IMG/VR virus record: IMGVR_UViG_3300006046_000004
Span: 1 to 40,642 of that record
Reading direction: 5' to 3' (one strand)
DNA from: a virus
DNA length: 40,642 bases
The translations under genes and the position numbers were made by a program. Below, piece after piece: positions 24,488 through 33,055 of the stretch; within the stretch, counting starts at the first letter, position 1, and each line of letters begins with the position of its first letter. The notes under the pieces were generated by a model. The model did no database searches, was not told where the DNA came from, and saw only the letters and a program-made list of their open reading frames with translations.

Positions 24488-24700
24488 ATGATCCGCACCG
24501 ACATTAACGACCTCGATGGCAAGCCCGTCGCCTGGAACGTCACCGCCCCCGGCGACGGCTGGACCTGGATCGTCCACCTCATGGTCCACCTGCACGGCTG
24601 TGCCGAAGATGAGGTTGATTTGCTCGAAACCGAAGCCGGTGACCTCATTTTAGTGCGCGGCGAGCCGGTGGCCGTGCCGGTCACGCGGTGGCCGCAATGA
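24488..24700 (+). CDS. Early hypothetical protein (70 aa)
   Basis: First ORF downstream of the predicted early promoter; good codon bias. Confidence 0.55.
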   Translation: MIRTDINDLDGKPVAWNVTAPGDGWTWIVHLMVHLHGCAEDEVDLLETEAGDLILVRGEPVAVPVTRWPQ

Positions 24701-24780
24701 GCTTTTTGGAACGCACCTTCGAACTGCAGATCATCGCATTCCTGCTCGCCGCCGTGCTGGCAATGTGGCTTACGTCATAG
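24697..24780 (+). CDS. Tiny membrane protein (27 aa)
   Basis: MSFLERTFELQIIAFLLAAVLAMWLTS; ATGA overlap with the upstream stop. Confidence 0.3.
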   Translation: MSFLERTFELQIIAFLLAAVLAMWLTS

Positions 24781-24792
24781 GGAGACGCGCTC

Positions 24793-25242
24793 GTGAGTGC
24801 CACGAAACCCCTGCCGCCACCACGGCAACTCATCACCTCGATCGGCGACCACCACCAACTGGTCGTGCTCACCAACGGCTACGGCATCTCCGGCGTGATC
24901 GTGCTGCCGGGCCACCCGTACTATAGCGCGATGGTCCCGCGCATCGAGCAGGACGGCCACATCCATCCGGTGTTCGTGGCGCATTGGCAGGATTTTTGGG
25001 GGCGGGCGCGCACCAGGACGTTCTCCTTCAAGCGCGAGGCCGACCTGTACACGGAAATGATCCTGCGACCCCTGCGCTTTGAGGAGATCAACGTCTGGCG
25101 GGGGGGCTCGCTGCGGCTGGAGGATATCGTCGCCGCCGACCGGCGCTGGCGAACCAAGTCAACAAGGACAGGACAACAACATGAAACGCAGGCAGAAGAA
25201 ACGCCGGAAACCTTTAGACCTCGGCAAGACGACGGCCCCTAA
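24793..25242 (+). CDS. Early hypothetical protein (149 aa, GTG start)
   Basis: ORF with coding-like composition. Its 3' end overlaps the next gene by about 60 nt. Confidence 0.5.
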   Translation: MSATKPLPPPRQLITSIGDHHQLVVLTNGYGISGVIVLPGHPYYSAMVPRIEQDGHIHPVFVAHWQDFWGRARTRTFSFKREADLYTEMILRPLRFEEINVWRGGSLRLEDIVAADRRWRTKSTRTGQQHETQAEETPETFRPRQDDGP

Positions 25243-25435
25243 AAGCCACACCTATGGCGACGCGCCCGCCGACCTCGAGCTGCTCAAGCAAGACCTGACC
25301 AGGGCCATCCATGTCGGGCTGGAGGCGGTCAACGCAGTCGCCACGCTCGGGCATCGCATCAACAATGTCATCATGGATCTCGACCAAATCCGCAAGAACT
25401 GCGATCGCCTCACCTTCCGGCCGCGCGGGAGTTGA
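25181..25435 (+). CDS. Early hypothetical protein (84 aa, basic N-terminus)
   Basis: AGGA-type SD upstream of ATG 25181; MKRRQKKRRKP... followed by a helical region. Confidence 0.45.
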   Translation: MKRRQKKRRKPLDLGKTTAPKSHTYGDAPADLELLKQDLTRAIHVGLEAVNAVATLGHRINNVIMDLDQIRKNCDRLTFRPRGS

Positions 25436-25437
25436 TC

Positions 25438-25734
25438 ATGGAAATCTTTTTGTTGGGCTTGGTGGCATTCGCCATCATGGTTTTGTTCGGGGCGCGGGTA
25501 CTGGCCGTGCTCGTGCTGTTGCCGGTCGTCGTGTGGGTAATGGCTGTCCTCTTTCTTGTCTTTGACAGGAGCATTCAAAGAGAACCTGCCGCTACTGCGA
25601 AGACTGTTTGCCTTTCCTGGGGACCAGAACAAACCCTCGAAGGAGACCCCCGTGTTTACCAACGCTGCAATCTGCCAGCAGTTGAAAAACCCATCCCGTT
25701 CCGCCCAATCCCACCGGCGTGGTGGTCACCATGA
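25438..25734 (+). CDS. Membrane protein (98 aa, two TM helices)
   Basis: GGGAG lies 6 nt upstream of ATG 25438. MEIFLLGLVAFAIMVLFGARVLAVLVLLPVVVWVMAVLFLVF. Confidence 0.5.
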   Translation: MEIFLLGLVAFAIMVLFGARVLAVLVLLPVVVWVMAVLFLVFDRSIQREPAATAKTVCLSWGPEQTLEGDPRVYQRCNLPAVEKPIPFRPIPPAWWSP

Positions 25735-25805
25735 AATACCTGCTCGCCCTGTTGCTGCTGTCGTCCATTGCCGCCGCGCAAGTCGAGGAACCTGAGCATG
25801 TTTGA
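25731..25805 (+). CDS. Tiny signal-peptide-like ORF (24 aa)
   Basis: MKYLLALLLLSSIAAAQVEEPEHV. ATGA overlap upstream, and it overlaps the next start. There is no lipobox Cys. Confidence 0.25.
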   Translation: MKYLLALLLLSSIAAAQVEEPEHV

Positions 25806-26205
25806 GATTGTCATTGTCGCACTTCTGGTCGGGATGATGCTCAACAACACCAAGCACGAAACTTTTGGCGAGCAATGGGTGCGTGAAGCACAGCACGAAC
25901 AGCGCCGCCCGCGCCGCCACAAAGGCAGCGCGATTGTCGGGGTCCTAGGAATTGTCTTCTGGTTGTTCCTGCTCCTCAGCGTCGCTCATCTCTTGTTTAT
26001 AGGCCCGGCTCGCGCGCAAGTCGCGCCGACCGAGGAGCAGAAAATCCAGGCGCTCTGGCGCGCCTACCAGCTCAACGGCAACTCGATGACGCGCTGGGGC
26101 TCGATCGACCTGAGCGGAGATTTCCCCAACTCGCGGCCGGTCAAGACCGTCCCGATTACGGCACCGCCCAAACCGAAGGGGCGCGACAATCCGTCAACAA
26201 AGTGA
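25798..26205 (+). CDS. Membrane protein (135 aa, two TM helices)
   Basis: FEIVIVALLVGMML and AIVGVLGIVFWLFLLLSVAHLLFIG, separated by a basic loop. Confidence 0.5.
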   Translation: MFEIVIVALLVGMMLNNTKHETFGEQWVREAQHEQRRPRRHKGSAIVGVLGIVFWLFLLLSVAHLLFIGPARAQVAPTEEQKIQALWRAYQLNGNSMTRWGSIDLSGDFPNSRPVKTVPITAPPKPKGRDNPSTK

Positions 26206-26216
26206 TAGGGTGAACC

Positions 26217-26447
26217 ATGCGAACCAATGACACACACAAGGCCACCAATCCGGCCGACGAAGAGCTGCCCAGCACCCACGCCGACGAGGGGCCGCCACCG
26301 GCACGCGCCACGCTGCAGCTCAACGATGACCTGCTGCGCTCGCTCTTGCGCGAACTGGACCCGATCTCCTGCGACCTGGAAGCATTGCATTTAAGCTTCC
26401 AGAGCTGGAGCGCGACCAGAGACAAATTGCTCAAGGAGTTGAAATGA
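26217..26447 (+). CDS. Hypothetical protein (76 aa)
   Basis: ORF directly upstream of erf with an ATGA-type overlap. Confidence 0.5.
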   Translation: MRTNDTHKATNPADEELPSTHADEGPPPARATLQLNDDLLRSLLRELDPISCDLEALHLSFQSWSATRDKLLKELK

Positions 26448-27172
26448 ACGAGCCGTCCCCCTTGGTCTACCAGCCGACCGTAATGCCGATCGTTGCCCCG
26501 ACGCCGCTGGAGATGTTGTCGCGCGCCGTCGCCTCGGGCGCCAGCATGGAGCTGGTCGAGCGCCTGATGGGGTTACAAGAGCGGTTCGAGGCTAACGTCG
26601 CCCGCAAGGCCTTCGATGCCGCCATCGCCGCCGCTAAGGCCGAAATCAAGCCGGTGGTCCGCACCGCTGTCGGGCACAACGCCAAACGCTACGCTGACTT
26701 TGCCTCGATTGCCCGCGCCGTCGATCCCGTCATCACGCGGCATGGTTTGGGCTACCGTTTTCGCACCGTGCAGACCGACCGCATCACGGTCACATGCGTG
26801 TTGTTCCACGAGGGTGGCCATCGCGAGGAAAACACCCTCTCCGGCCCGGCCGACACCAGCGGCAACAAGAACGCCATACAATCGATCGGCAGCACCTTGA
26901 CCTATTTACAAAGGTATTCGCTGGTGCAGGCATTAGGCCTCGCCGCCGCAGACGACGATGACGGTGTTATGGCCGATCAGACCGCCGAGTTTATCTCGAC
27001 AGATCAGGCAGCTCAATTGAGCAAATTAATTACAGAAACCGGCGGCGACATCGCCAAATTTTGTGCCTACGCGAAAATCCCATCGCTCGATCAATTGCCC
27101 GCTAGCCGCTACGAGGCCGCCGAGATCATCATCAACCGCGCCGCCGCCGCCCGCCATAAGGCCGCCTCATGA
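26444..27172 (+). CDS. erf: ERF-family single-strand annealing protein
   Basis: KRYADFASIARAVDPVITRHGLGYRF...VLFHEGGH...GNKNAIQSIGSTLTYLQRYSLVQALGLAAADDDDG matches the Erf pattern (YAdL...GS..TY.rRY...lG...DDD). Confidence 0.8.
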   Translation: MNEPSPLVYQPTVMPIVAPTPLEMLSRAVASGASMELVERLMGLQERFEANVARKAFDAAIAAAKAEIKPVVRTAVGHNAKRYADFASIARAVDPVITRHGLGYRFRTVQTDRITVTCVLFHEGGHREENTLSGPADTSGNKNAIQSIGSTLTYLQRYSLVQALGLAAADDDDGVMADQTAEFISTDQAAQLSKLITETGGDIAKFCAYAKIPSLDQLPASRYEAAEIIINRAAAARHKAAS

Positions 27173-27579
27173 CCGTGGTGTTCAACCGCACGATCGTCAC
27201 CTACCGCGCCATGGTGCGGCGCGCTTGGCGGCGGGCAGATAAGAAACTCGACAAGAAAAACCGCGGCGTAAAAATGATCCCGCATTCGCTGCGCCGGAAA
27301 TCGGAGCTGTCGCACGAGCGTATTGAAAAATTCTGCGAGGAAAATGCTCGGCTCGGCCTGCCGACGACGCCGCTCCGCCTGGCCGTCAAGGGCCTCACCA
27401 ACAGGGTTTCGCGTGCAAAAGTACCGATCGCGCTGACGCCGACGCAGGTCAAGGAAATCAACCGGCGCACCTGGTCGTCTGTGATCGCTAGAAAGGCCAT
27501 CACCGATGCCGCCCGCGCCCGCAAGCATGCCATCGACGCAATTTGCGGCCAGGGCCCCCGCCACCCCAAGACCGATTGA
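27169..27579 (+). CDS. Basic hypothetical protein (136 aa)
   Basis: ORF between the recombinase and exonuclease genes; ATGA overlap with erf. Confidence 0.45.
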   Translation: MTVVFNRTIVTYRAMVRRAWRRADKKLDKKNRGVKMIPHSLRRKSELSHERIEKFCEENARLGLPTTPLRLAVKGLTNRVSRAKVPIALTPTQVKEINRRTWSSVIARKAITDAARARKHAIDAICGQGPRHPKTD

Positions 27580-27586
27580 GAAATAC

Positions 27587-28225
27587 ATGACCGACACGCT
27601 ACAGGGCACCGATGCCTGGCGCACCGCGCGGCTCGGCTGCGCCACCGCCTCGCGCATCGCCGACATCATCGCCAAGACCAAGTCCGGCCCGAGCGCATCG
27701 CGCGCAAATTACCTCGCGGAACTGGTGGCCGAGCGGCTGACCGGCGTGCCGGCCGAGCACTACAGCAACGCGGCCATGCAGTGGGGCACCGATACCGAGC
27801 CGCAGGCGCGGGCCGCATATGCGTTCATCCACGGCGTTGACGTGACCGAGGTCGGATTTGTCCCGCACCCGAGGATTGCCAGGGCTGGTGCCTCGCCGGA
27901 TGGATACATTGGCGAGGACGGACTAATCGAGATCAAGTGTCCAGGCACGGCGGCACATATTTCCACGCTGCGCGGCGCCTGCATACCGGGCAAGTACGAG
28001 GTCCAAATGTTATGGCAGATGGCAACAACACAACGGAGCTGGTGTGATTACGTCTCGTTCGATCCTCGCCTGCCGGCCAATATGCAAATGCATGTGGAGC
28101 GCGTGGCGCGCGATGAGGCCCATATCAAGGACCTGGAGGCGCAGGTGCGCGCGTTCCTGGCCGAGGTCGAGGCGGTGGTCAAAGACCTGATTGCGCGCTA
28201 CGGCAACGCGGCGGTGGCAGCGTGA
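27587..28225 (+). CDS. YqaJ / lambda-exonuclease-like PD-(D/E)XK recombination exonuclease
   Basis: GTDAWRTARLGCATASRIADI (YqaJ N-terminus), GASPDG...GLIEIKCP (the D...ExK core) and YEVQMLWQM. Confidence 0.8.
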   Translation: MTDTLQGTDAWRTARLGCATASRIADIIAKTKSGPSASRANYLAELVAERLTGVPAEHYSNAAMQWGTDTEPQARAAYAFIHGVDVTEVGFVPHPRIARAGASPDGYIGEDGLIEIKCPGTAAHISTLRGACIPGKYEVQMLWQMATTQRSWCDYVSFDPRLPANMQMHVERVARDEAHIKDLEAQVRAFLAEVEAVVKDLIARYGNAAVAA

Positions 28226-28737
28226 GTATGAGCACGCCTCCGCCATTGCCGTTTCGGTGGAATGGCTCGGAGTTTGTCCCGAGGAACCTCACGGTCGCCC
28301 AGGCACATTTCGAGCGCGGCGGCGTTTATTTGCTGATCGTCCATGACGAGCGCAGCCAGGCCAGCCACAACGAATATTTCGCAGCCCTTGAAACCCGCTG
28401 GCAAACCCTGCCGGAATCGCTGGCGGCCGAATATCCCAGCCGCGAAAGCCTGCGGCACAAAGCCTTGATCCGCACCGGCTACTGCACCGAGAAGGATTTT
28501 GTGCTGGAGACCAACCGCGCCGCCCAGAAATTTGCCGCGGCATTGGTCGAGGCGGACGATGAGAACTACTGCATCATCGATTTGCGCGGTAAGGTCGTGC
28601 GGCGCTACCTGGCGATGTCGCAGAGCTACCGGAATATGGGCAAAAAGGATTTCGAAGCATCGAAGTCGGCCGTGCTGGATTGGATCGATCAGCACTTGTT
28701 GGGTGTCGATGTCCCTCGCAGCGCATATTCAGTATGA
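28222..28737 (+). CDS. Hypothetical protein (171 aa) in the recombination module
   Basis: Good coding signal. DERSQASHNEYFAAL...LPE...SRESLRHKALIRTGY only loosely recalls NinB/Orf-type mediators, so no assignment is made. Confidence 0.5.
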   Translation: MSMSTPPPLPFRWNGSEFVPRNLTVAQAHFERGGVYLLIVHDERSQASHNEYFAALETRWQTLPESLAAEYPSRESLRHKALIRTGYCTEKDFVLETNRAAQKFAAALVEADDENYCIIDLRGKVVRRYLAMSQSYRNMGKKDFEASKSAVLDWIDQHLLGVDVPRSAYSV

Positions 28738-28760
28738 TGCCTCTGTAAACGGAGGCTTCC

Positions 28761-28970
28761 ATGGTCCTCGAGCAAGCCGGCAAGGTCGCCACTGGCAGCA
28801 TCGACGCCTTGAAGTCGCAGCCGCTCATGCTCGCGCTGGTGCTGCTGCAGGTGTTCGTCCTGGCCGCCGTGCTATACTCAAGCATCAACCGCCAGACCTC
28901 GATCGACAAGCAGTTCACCCATGTGTTCGAGCTGCTGGCAGCCTGCATGAAAGGCCAGACGGTGCCATGA
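28761..28970 (+). CDS. Holin-like single-pass membrane protein (69 aa)
   Basis: TM helix LMLALVLLQVFVLAAVLY. ATGA-coupled to the following wall-hydrolase-like gene. Confidence 0.5.
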   Translation: MVLEQAGKVATGSIDALKSQPLMLALVLLQVFVLAAVLYSSINRQTSIDKQFTHVFELLAACMKGQTVP

Positions 28971-29470
28971 CGAGCATGAGGCTAGTTGGAAAATGTTCCA
29001 GCTTCGGCGGACCCGAAGACATGGGTGTCTCGCCATCAGAAGGGCTCGCATTTATTTTTGAAGTCTCCGACGCCCCCCACCTGTTCCTCGACGAGCAGCC
29101 GCCCGGCACCACCGGCCTAGCGCGCCGGCTCGATCCGGCGCAGTTCTACATCGCCTGCCGCTGGGATTATGACGAATATCCCAAGGAATCGCTGCTGCAG
29201 CACATGGCCCTGGTGCGCGCCCCGAGCACTGGCCTGCAATTTGCGGCGAGCCCTGCAGATTGGGGTCCAAATTCCAACACTGGCCGCGTGGCCGACATCA
29301 GCCCCGGCCTGATGGACGCGCTCGGCATCACCACCGATGACGATGTCGAGGTGATCTATCCAGCCCCCGCCGACGTCAACCGCCCCACCCCGACCGTGTG
29401 GGTTGCCGTCACCGTGCCTGATGGCGTAAATGTTGCCCTGACGGTCAACGGCACGCAGGTGTTCCCGTGA
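28967..29470 (+). CDS. Putative endolysin, RlpA/DPBB (barwin-like) lytic-transglycosylase-type (167 aa)
   Basis: SSFGGPEDMGVSPSEGLA...YIACRWDY...DWGPNSNTGRVADISPGLMDALGITTDD resembles double-psi beta-barrel wall hydrolases. Only the C-terminal part of track ORF 28499..29470 is used. Confidence 0.5.
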   Translation: MTSMRLVGKCSSFGGPEDMGVSPSEGLAFIFEVSDAPHLFLDEQPPGTTGLARRLDPAQFYIACRWDYDEYPKESLLQHMALVRAPSTGLQFAASPADWGPNSNTGRVADISPGLMDALGITTDDDVEVIYPAPADVNRPTPTVWVAVTVPDGVNVALTVNGTQVFP

Positions 29471-29787
29471 CGATCTATCAGGTTGCTCCTAACCGATGGT
29501 CAACCCGTAACCCGCAGCCAGTGCGCGCACAGTCCACCCTGCCGATGCCCTACGTCATCAGCGACACCATGGAGCCTACAGAACAGGTGGACGGGAAATA
29601 CTATTCGTCCAAGCGCGCCTTCCGCGCTGTCGGCAAGGCGCTCGGATTAACCGAGGTGGGGTCGGAGAAGCCGAAACCTAGGCAACGCACCAACGCCGGC
29701 AACCGCGAGAACAAACTACAACGCCATCGCCAACTTGAAATAGCGGCGGCGCAATACAAACAGGGCCGCCGGGCCCAGCGGGGATAG
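29467..29787 (+). CDS. Hypothetical protein (106 aa, GTG start)
   Basis: ORF overlapping the endolysin stop. Confidence 0.45.
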   Translation: MTIYQVAPNRWSTRNPQPVRAQSTLPMPYVISDTMEPTEQVDGKYYSSKRAFRAVGKALGLTEVGSEKPKPRQRTNAGNRENKLQRHRQLEIAAAQYKQGRRAQRG

Positions 29788-29789
29788 TC

Positions 29790-29969
29790 GTGCCCAGCAA
29801 GTCAAAAGCACAGGCGGACCTCTTCCGCGCGGTCGCTCACAGCAAAGAATTTGCCGCTAAGGTAGACATCCCGCAGTCAGTCGGTCGCGAGTTCTTCAAA
29901 GCCGACCAGCGCGTCAAGCGCCGCGGTGCTGCCAAGCGCGCCATCAAGAAGGCCGCCGCCACGGGCTAG
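29790..29969 (+). CDS. DUF3008-like small protein (59 aa, GTG start)
   Basis: Hand translation gives VPSKSKAQADLFRAVAHSKEFAAKVDIPQSVGREFFKAD..., the KSKAQ...IP..V..EF pattern. Confidence 0.45.
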   Translation: MPSKSKAQADLFRAVAHSKEFAAKVDIPQSVGREFFKADQRVKRRGAAKRAIKKAAATG

Positions 29970-30030
29970 ATTTCCAAAATGTCTTGGATCGGACTAGGGT
30001 GCCTCCCAGCATAATAGGGAGGATAATCCT

Positions 30031-31287
30031 ATGACCGACGTCGCCATTGCTCCAGCCCCAGCGCCGACCGCCCCATCATCTGCGCCAGCACCCGCTCCAG
30101 CCGCCGCACCAGCCCGCGAAGTCCCGATTAACGAGGCCCCGGTCAACTCACCCTCGCCGGTCGGCTCGCAGGCCCCGCCGCGCAGTAGCGACGACATCAA
30201 GGCGTCGCGCCGCGAGACCGTCTCAAAGGCGTTCGAGCGCGCCAGGGTGGAGCGCAAGGGCCCGGCCGAGGCCAAGATCGGCCACAACCAGCCGCCCGAG
30301 CCCACGGCGCGGGAGCGCCCGCAGCAACAGCCGCCGATCAACCTGCGGCAACGGCCGGACGCGGCGCAAAATTCCAATAATATTGCGCCCGCTGCAACCC
30401 GTGGAGAACATGGGCATTTCGCCCCGCAGCAGGCTGCGGCGCAAAATAATATTGCGCCCGCGCGCCAGCCGGGGCCGCAACTGCCGCCGACCTCGCCCTA
30501 TTACCAGCCGCCGCCGCGCATGGCCGAGCACGCCAAACGGGAATGGGCCGCCGTTCCCGAAGCAGTGCGCGGCGAGGTCTACCGCATGCACCAAGAATTT
30601 GGTCGAGCCTATGCGCAGCATCGCGCCGACAGCGAGGCCATGAACAGCATCCGGCATTATCACCAATTGGCGCAGCAGCAGGGCACGTCATTGGACCGCG
30701 TGCTGAACAACTACACGACCATGGAGCGCATGCTGCTGAGCGACCCGATCGGCGGTCTCGACAAGCTCGTCAACAACATGAATCTGCGCAGCAGTGATGG
30801 CCAACGCTTGGGCCTGCGCGATGTCAGTTGGCATGTGCTCAATCAAAGCCCCGATCAGCACCGCGCCACACAGTTGCAAAACTCGCAAGTAGCGCATGCC
30901 CACCAGCTCGCGCAGATGCAGGCACAGATACAGTGGCTTGCGCAGGAAAATAAAAAAATGCAGGATCGGCAGAAGTTCAACCGGATGCGGCGCGGAGTCG
31001 ATCGGTTCGCCGAAACCCACCCGCGGCTGGATGAACTGCATCAGTTTATTACTCGTGAACTCGGTCACGGCTACAATCTCGAGACAGCTTACCGGCGCGC
31101 TGAATTATTAGCACCGGCCCCAGCGGCTCAGACCCGCACCCGCACGGCTCAGACCCGTACCTCTGACAGGTCAATACACGGCGCTCCCGGTGGTGGTCCG
31201 ACGAACGGACAACGCCCGCGCTCGGCACCTGTCGGCCGCCGCGATGCCATCACCAATGCGTTCAAGCGCGTGAATGGCTCGCTTTGA
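30031..31287 (+). CDS. Scaffolding-protein candidate (418 aa)
   Basis: Immediately upstream of the major capsid gene. It has an AGGGAGGA SD, an Ala/Pro-rich disordered N-terminus, and a helical Q-rich C-terminal half. Confidence 0.55.
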   Translation: MTDVAIAPAPAPTAPSSAPAPAPAAAPAREVPINEAPVNSPSPVGSQAPPRSSDDIKASRRETVSKAFERARVERKGPAEAKIGHNQPPEPTARERPQQQPPINLRQRPDAAQNSNNIAPAATRGEHGHFAPQQAAAQNNIAPARQPGPQLPPTSPYYQPPPRMAEHAKREWAAVPEAVRGEVYRMHQEFGRAYAQHRADSEAMNSIRHYHQLAQQQGTSLDRVLNNYTTMERMLLSDPIGGLDKLVNNMNLRSSDGQRLGLRDVSWHVLNQSPDQHRATQLQNSQVAHAHQLAQMQAQIQWLAQENKKMQDRQKFNRMRRGVDRFAETHPRLDELHQFITRELGHGYNLETAYRRAELLAPAPAAQTRTRTAQTRTSDRSIHGAPGGGPTNGQRPRSAPVGRRDAITNAFKRVNGSL

Positions 31288-31314
31288 TTTAACGGGTAAC
31301 GCTGGAGAAGCACC

Positions 31315-32352
31315 GTGCCCAATATCGTCCCGTCTACCGCAACCGCCTATCAGCAAATCTTGTCGATGGCGCTGGAGGACCGCTCGCCCGAATACCAGGA
31401 CCTCGTGTCCAACAACAACGCGCTGCTCGCTGTCACCAAGCGCAAGGGCAACTGGCAGACCTATAGCGGCCCGCGCATCAGACAGACCCTGCAAATCGCC
31501 AAGCAACTTGTGCAGTGGTACTCCGGCTACGACCAACTGGTGAACCCGGCGATCGATTTGTTCAACGACGCGGTGTTCGACCCGAAGATGTGCGTCGTGC
31601 CAATCGTGCTGTCGTACCAAGAGATTCTCAACAACGAGGGCGAGCAACAGCTCATCGACGTGTTGGACGCCTACCTCGAGGCTGCCGAGCGCGCCCTCGA
31701 GGACGCCATGGACGTGGCGATTTACAGCGACGGCACGGCCAACGGCGGCAAGCAGTTGACTGGCCTTGCGACTGCACTGCCGACCATTGCCGGTACCACC
31801 ACCGGCATCTATGGCGGCATCGATCGCAACACCGCGGTGATCTGGCAGCCAAAGGCCTACGACGTGCAGACCCAGACCCTCATACCAGCGACCACGCAAG
31901 TCACCTCAACCTCGATCCGGCCGCTCCTCAACGCCATCATGACCAAAAACTCGCGCGGCCGCGATTATGCCGACCTGATCGTCATGAGCGCCGAGCACTA
32001 TGCTGCCTATGACGCCGCCACCATCGCCATCCAGCGCCAGACCAACGAGACGTCATTGGGAAAACTGGGCTTCAGCGCGCTCGAATATATCGGCGGCGGC
32101 AAGCGCGCGGAGATCGTGCTGGACGGCGGCATCGGCAGCAACATGCCGGCGAACACCACGTTCGGGCTCAACACCGACTCGTTCCGCATCCGCTACCACC
32201 CGCAGCGCAACTTCGACAAGCTGTTCCCCGGTGACGGGATGCAACCGATCGATAAGGACGCGGTGGCCCAGTTCATAGGCTTCATGGGAGAAATGACGGT
32301 CACTAATCCGATGTACTCGTGGAGACTTTACGACAGCAACCCGGCCGCATAG
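31315..32352 (+). CDS. Major capsid protein (345 aa, GTG start)
   Basis: Size and position after the scaffold gene, with composition typical of HK97-fold coat proteins of T7-like podoviruses. Confidence 0.7.
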   Translation: MPNIVPSTATAYQQILSMALEDRSPEYQDLVSNNNALLAVTKRKGNWQTYSGPRIRQTLQIAKQLVQWYSGYDQLVNPAIDLFNDAVFDPKMCVVPIVLSYQEILNNEGEQQLIDVLDAYLEAAERALEDAMDVAIYSDGTANGGKQLTGLATALPTIAGTTTGIYGGIDRNTAVIWQPKAYDVQTQTLIPATTQVTSTSIRPLLNAIMTKNSRGRDYADLIVMSAEHYAAYDAATIAIQRQTNETSLGKLGFSALEYIGGGKRAEIVLDGGIGSNMPANTTFGLNTDSFRIRYHPQRNFDKLFPGDGMQPIDKDAVAQFIGFMGEMTVTNPMYSWRLYDSNPAA

Positions 32353-32398
32353 CCATTGCAAGAATTCCTCCATGCTGCTATCCCACGAGGATCGTAAC

Positions 32399-32947
32399 AT
32401 GGAGGGTACCATGGCTCCGCCAAGGACTGTGACGCTGCCGACGCAAGAGGAATTACGGAAGCTGTTCCACTACGAGGCGAAAACGGGACGGATTTTCTGG
32501 AAGGCCAGACCTGGAGTGACCGGATGGAACACGCGCTATGCAGGAAAGGAAGCGTTCCTGTGTCTCACCAATGGACACAAGCGCGGGATGCTGTTCCGCA
32601 ACAGCGTCTATGCCCATCGCGTCATCTGGAAAATGGTGACCGGCGAAGACCCTCCTGAAATCGATCACATCGACGGAAACCCGTTGAATAACTCTTGGAG
32701 AAATCTGCGTGTTGCCGTCGGTGGTGCAAATCAAAAGAACTGCGAACTTCGTAACGACAACAAGTCAGGCCATGTTGGTGTTGTGCGCCGTGGCGATCGG
32801 TGGATTGCCCAAATCGGAGTGAATGGCACGACTAAGCATATCGGCATTTACGACAGCGTAGGACTAGCGATCGCTGCGCGCAAAAGAGCGCAGGAAGAAT
32901 ACGGTTTCCATCCCCGACATGGGCGAGCACCGTGGAAGGGTACCTAA
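32399..32947 (+). CDS. HNH homing endonuclease with an AP2 DNA-binding domain
   Basis: HRVIWKMVTGEDPPEIDHIDGNPLNNSWRNLR is an HNH_3 motif. SGHVGVVRRGDRWIAQIGVNGTTKHIGIYDSVGLAIAARKRAQEEYG is an AP2 domain. The gene is AT-richer than the capsid gene. GAGGA lies 8 nt upstream of ATG 32399. Confidence 0.85.
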   Translation: MEGTMAPPRTVTLPTQEELRKLFHYEAKTGRIFWKARPGVTGWNTRYAGKEAFLCLTNGHKRGMLFRNSVYAHRVIWKMVTGEDPPEIDHIDGNPLNNSWRNLRVAVGGANQKNCELRNDNKSGHVGVVRRGDRWIAQIGVNGTTKHIGIYDSVGLAIAARKRAQEEYGFHPRHGRAPWKGT

Positions 32948-32982
32948 TCCCAGGACGAGTAGGTCCTCCCACCCTGGGGCTT

Positions 32983-33016
32983 GAGGCTGCCGTTCGCTGT
33001 CACGGGCGGCAGCCTC
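32983..33016 (+). other. 10-bp GC-rich stem-loop downstream of the capsid/HNH genes
   Basis: gaggctgccg (32983-32992) pairs with cggcagcctc (33007-33016) around a 14-nt loop. There is no U-tract. Confidence 0.4.
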
Positions 33017-33055
33017 ATCACAGACTGTAACAACCTGATACACACGGAGAAGCCT

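Noticed and set aside
28499-29470. 323-aa ORF covering the holin region and the endolysin
   Set aside because: The N-terminal two thirds are an Arg/Trp-rich shadow frame over genes 28222..28737 and 28761..28970. Only the part from ATG 28967 (ATGA-coupled to the holin) is retained.
29984-30015. TTGGAT ... CATAAT as a late promoter upstream of the scaffold gene
   Set aside because: The spacer is 20 nt, outside the usual 16-19 nt sigma70 range. The nearby cctccc/gggagg complementarity to the SD is only 6 bp.
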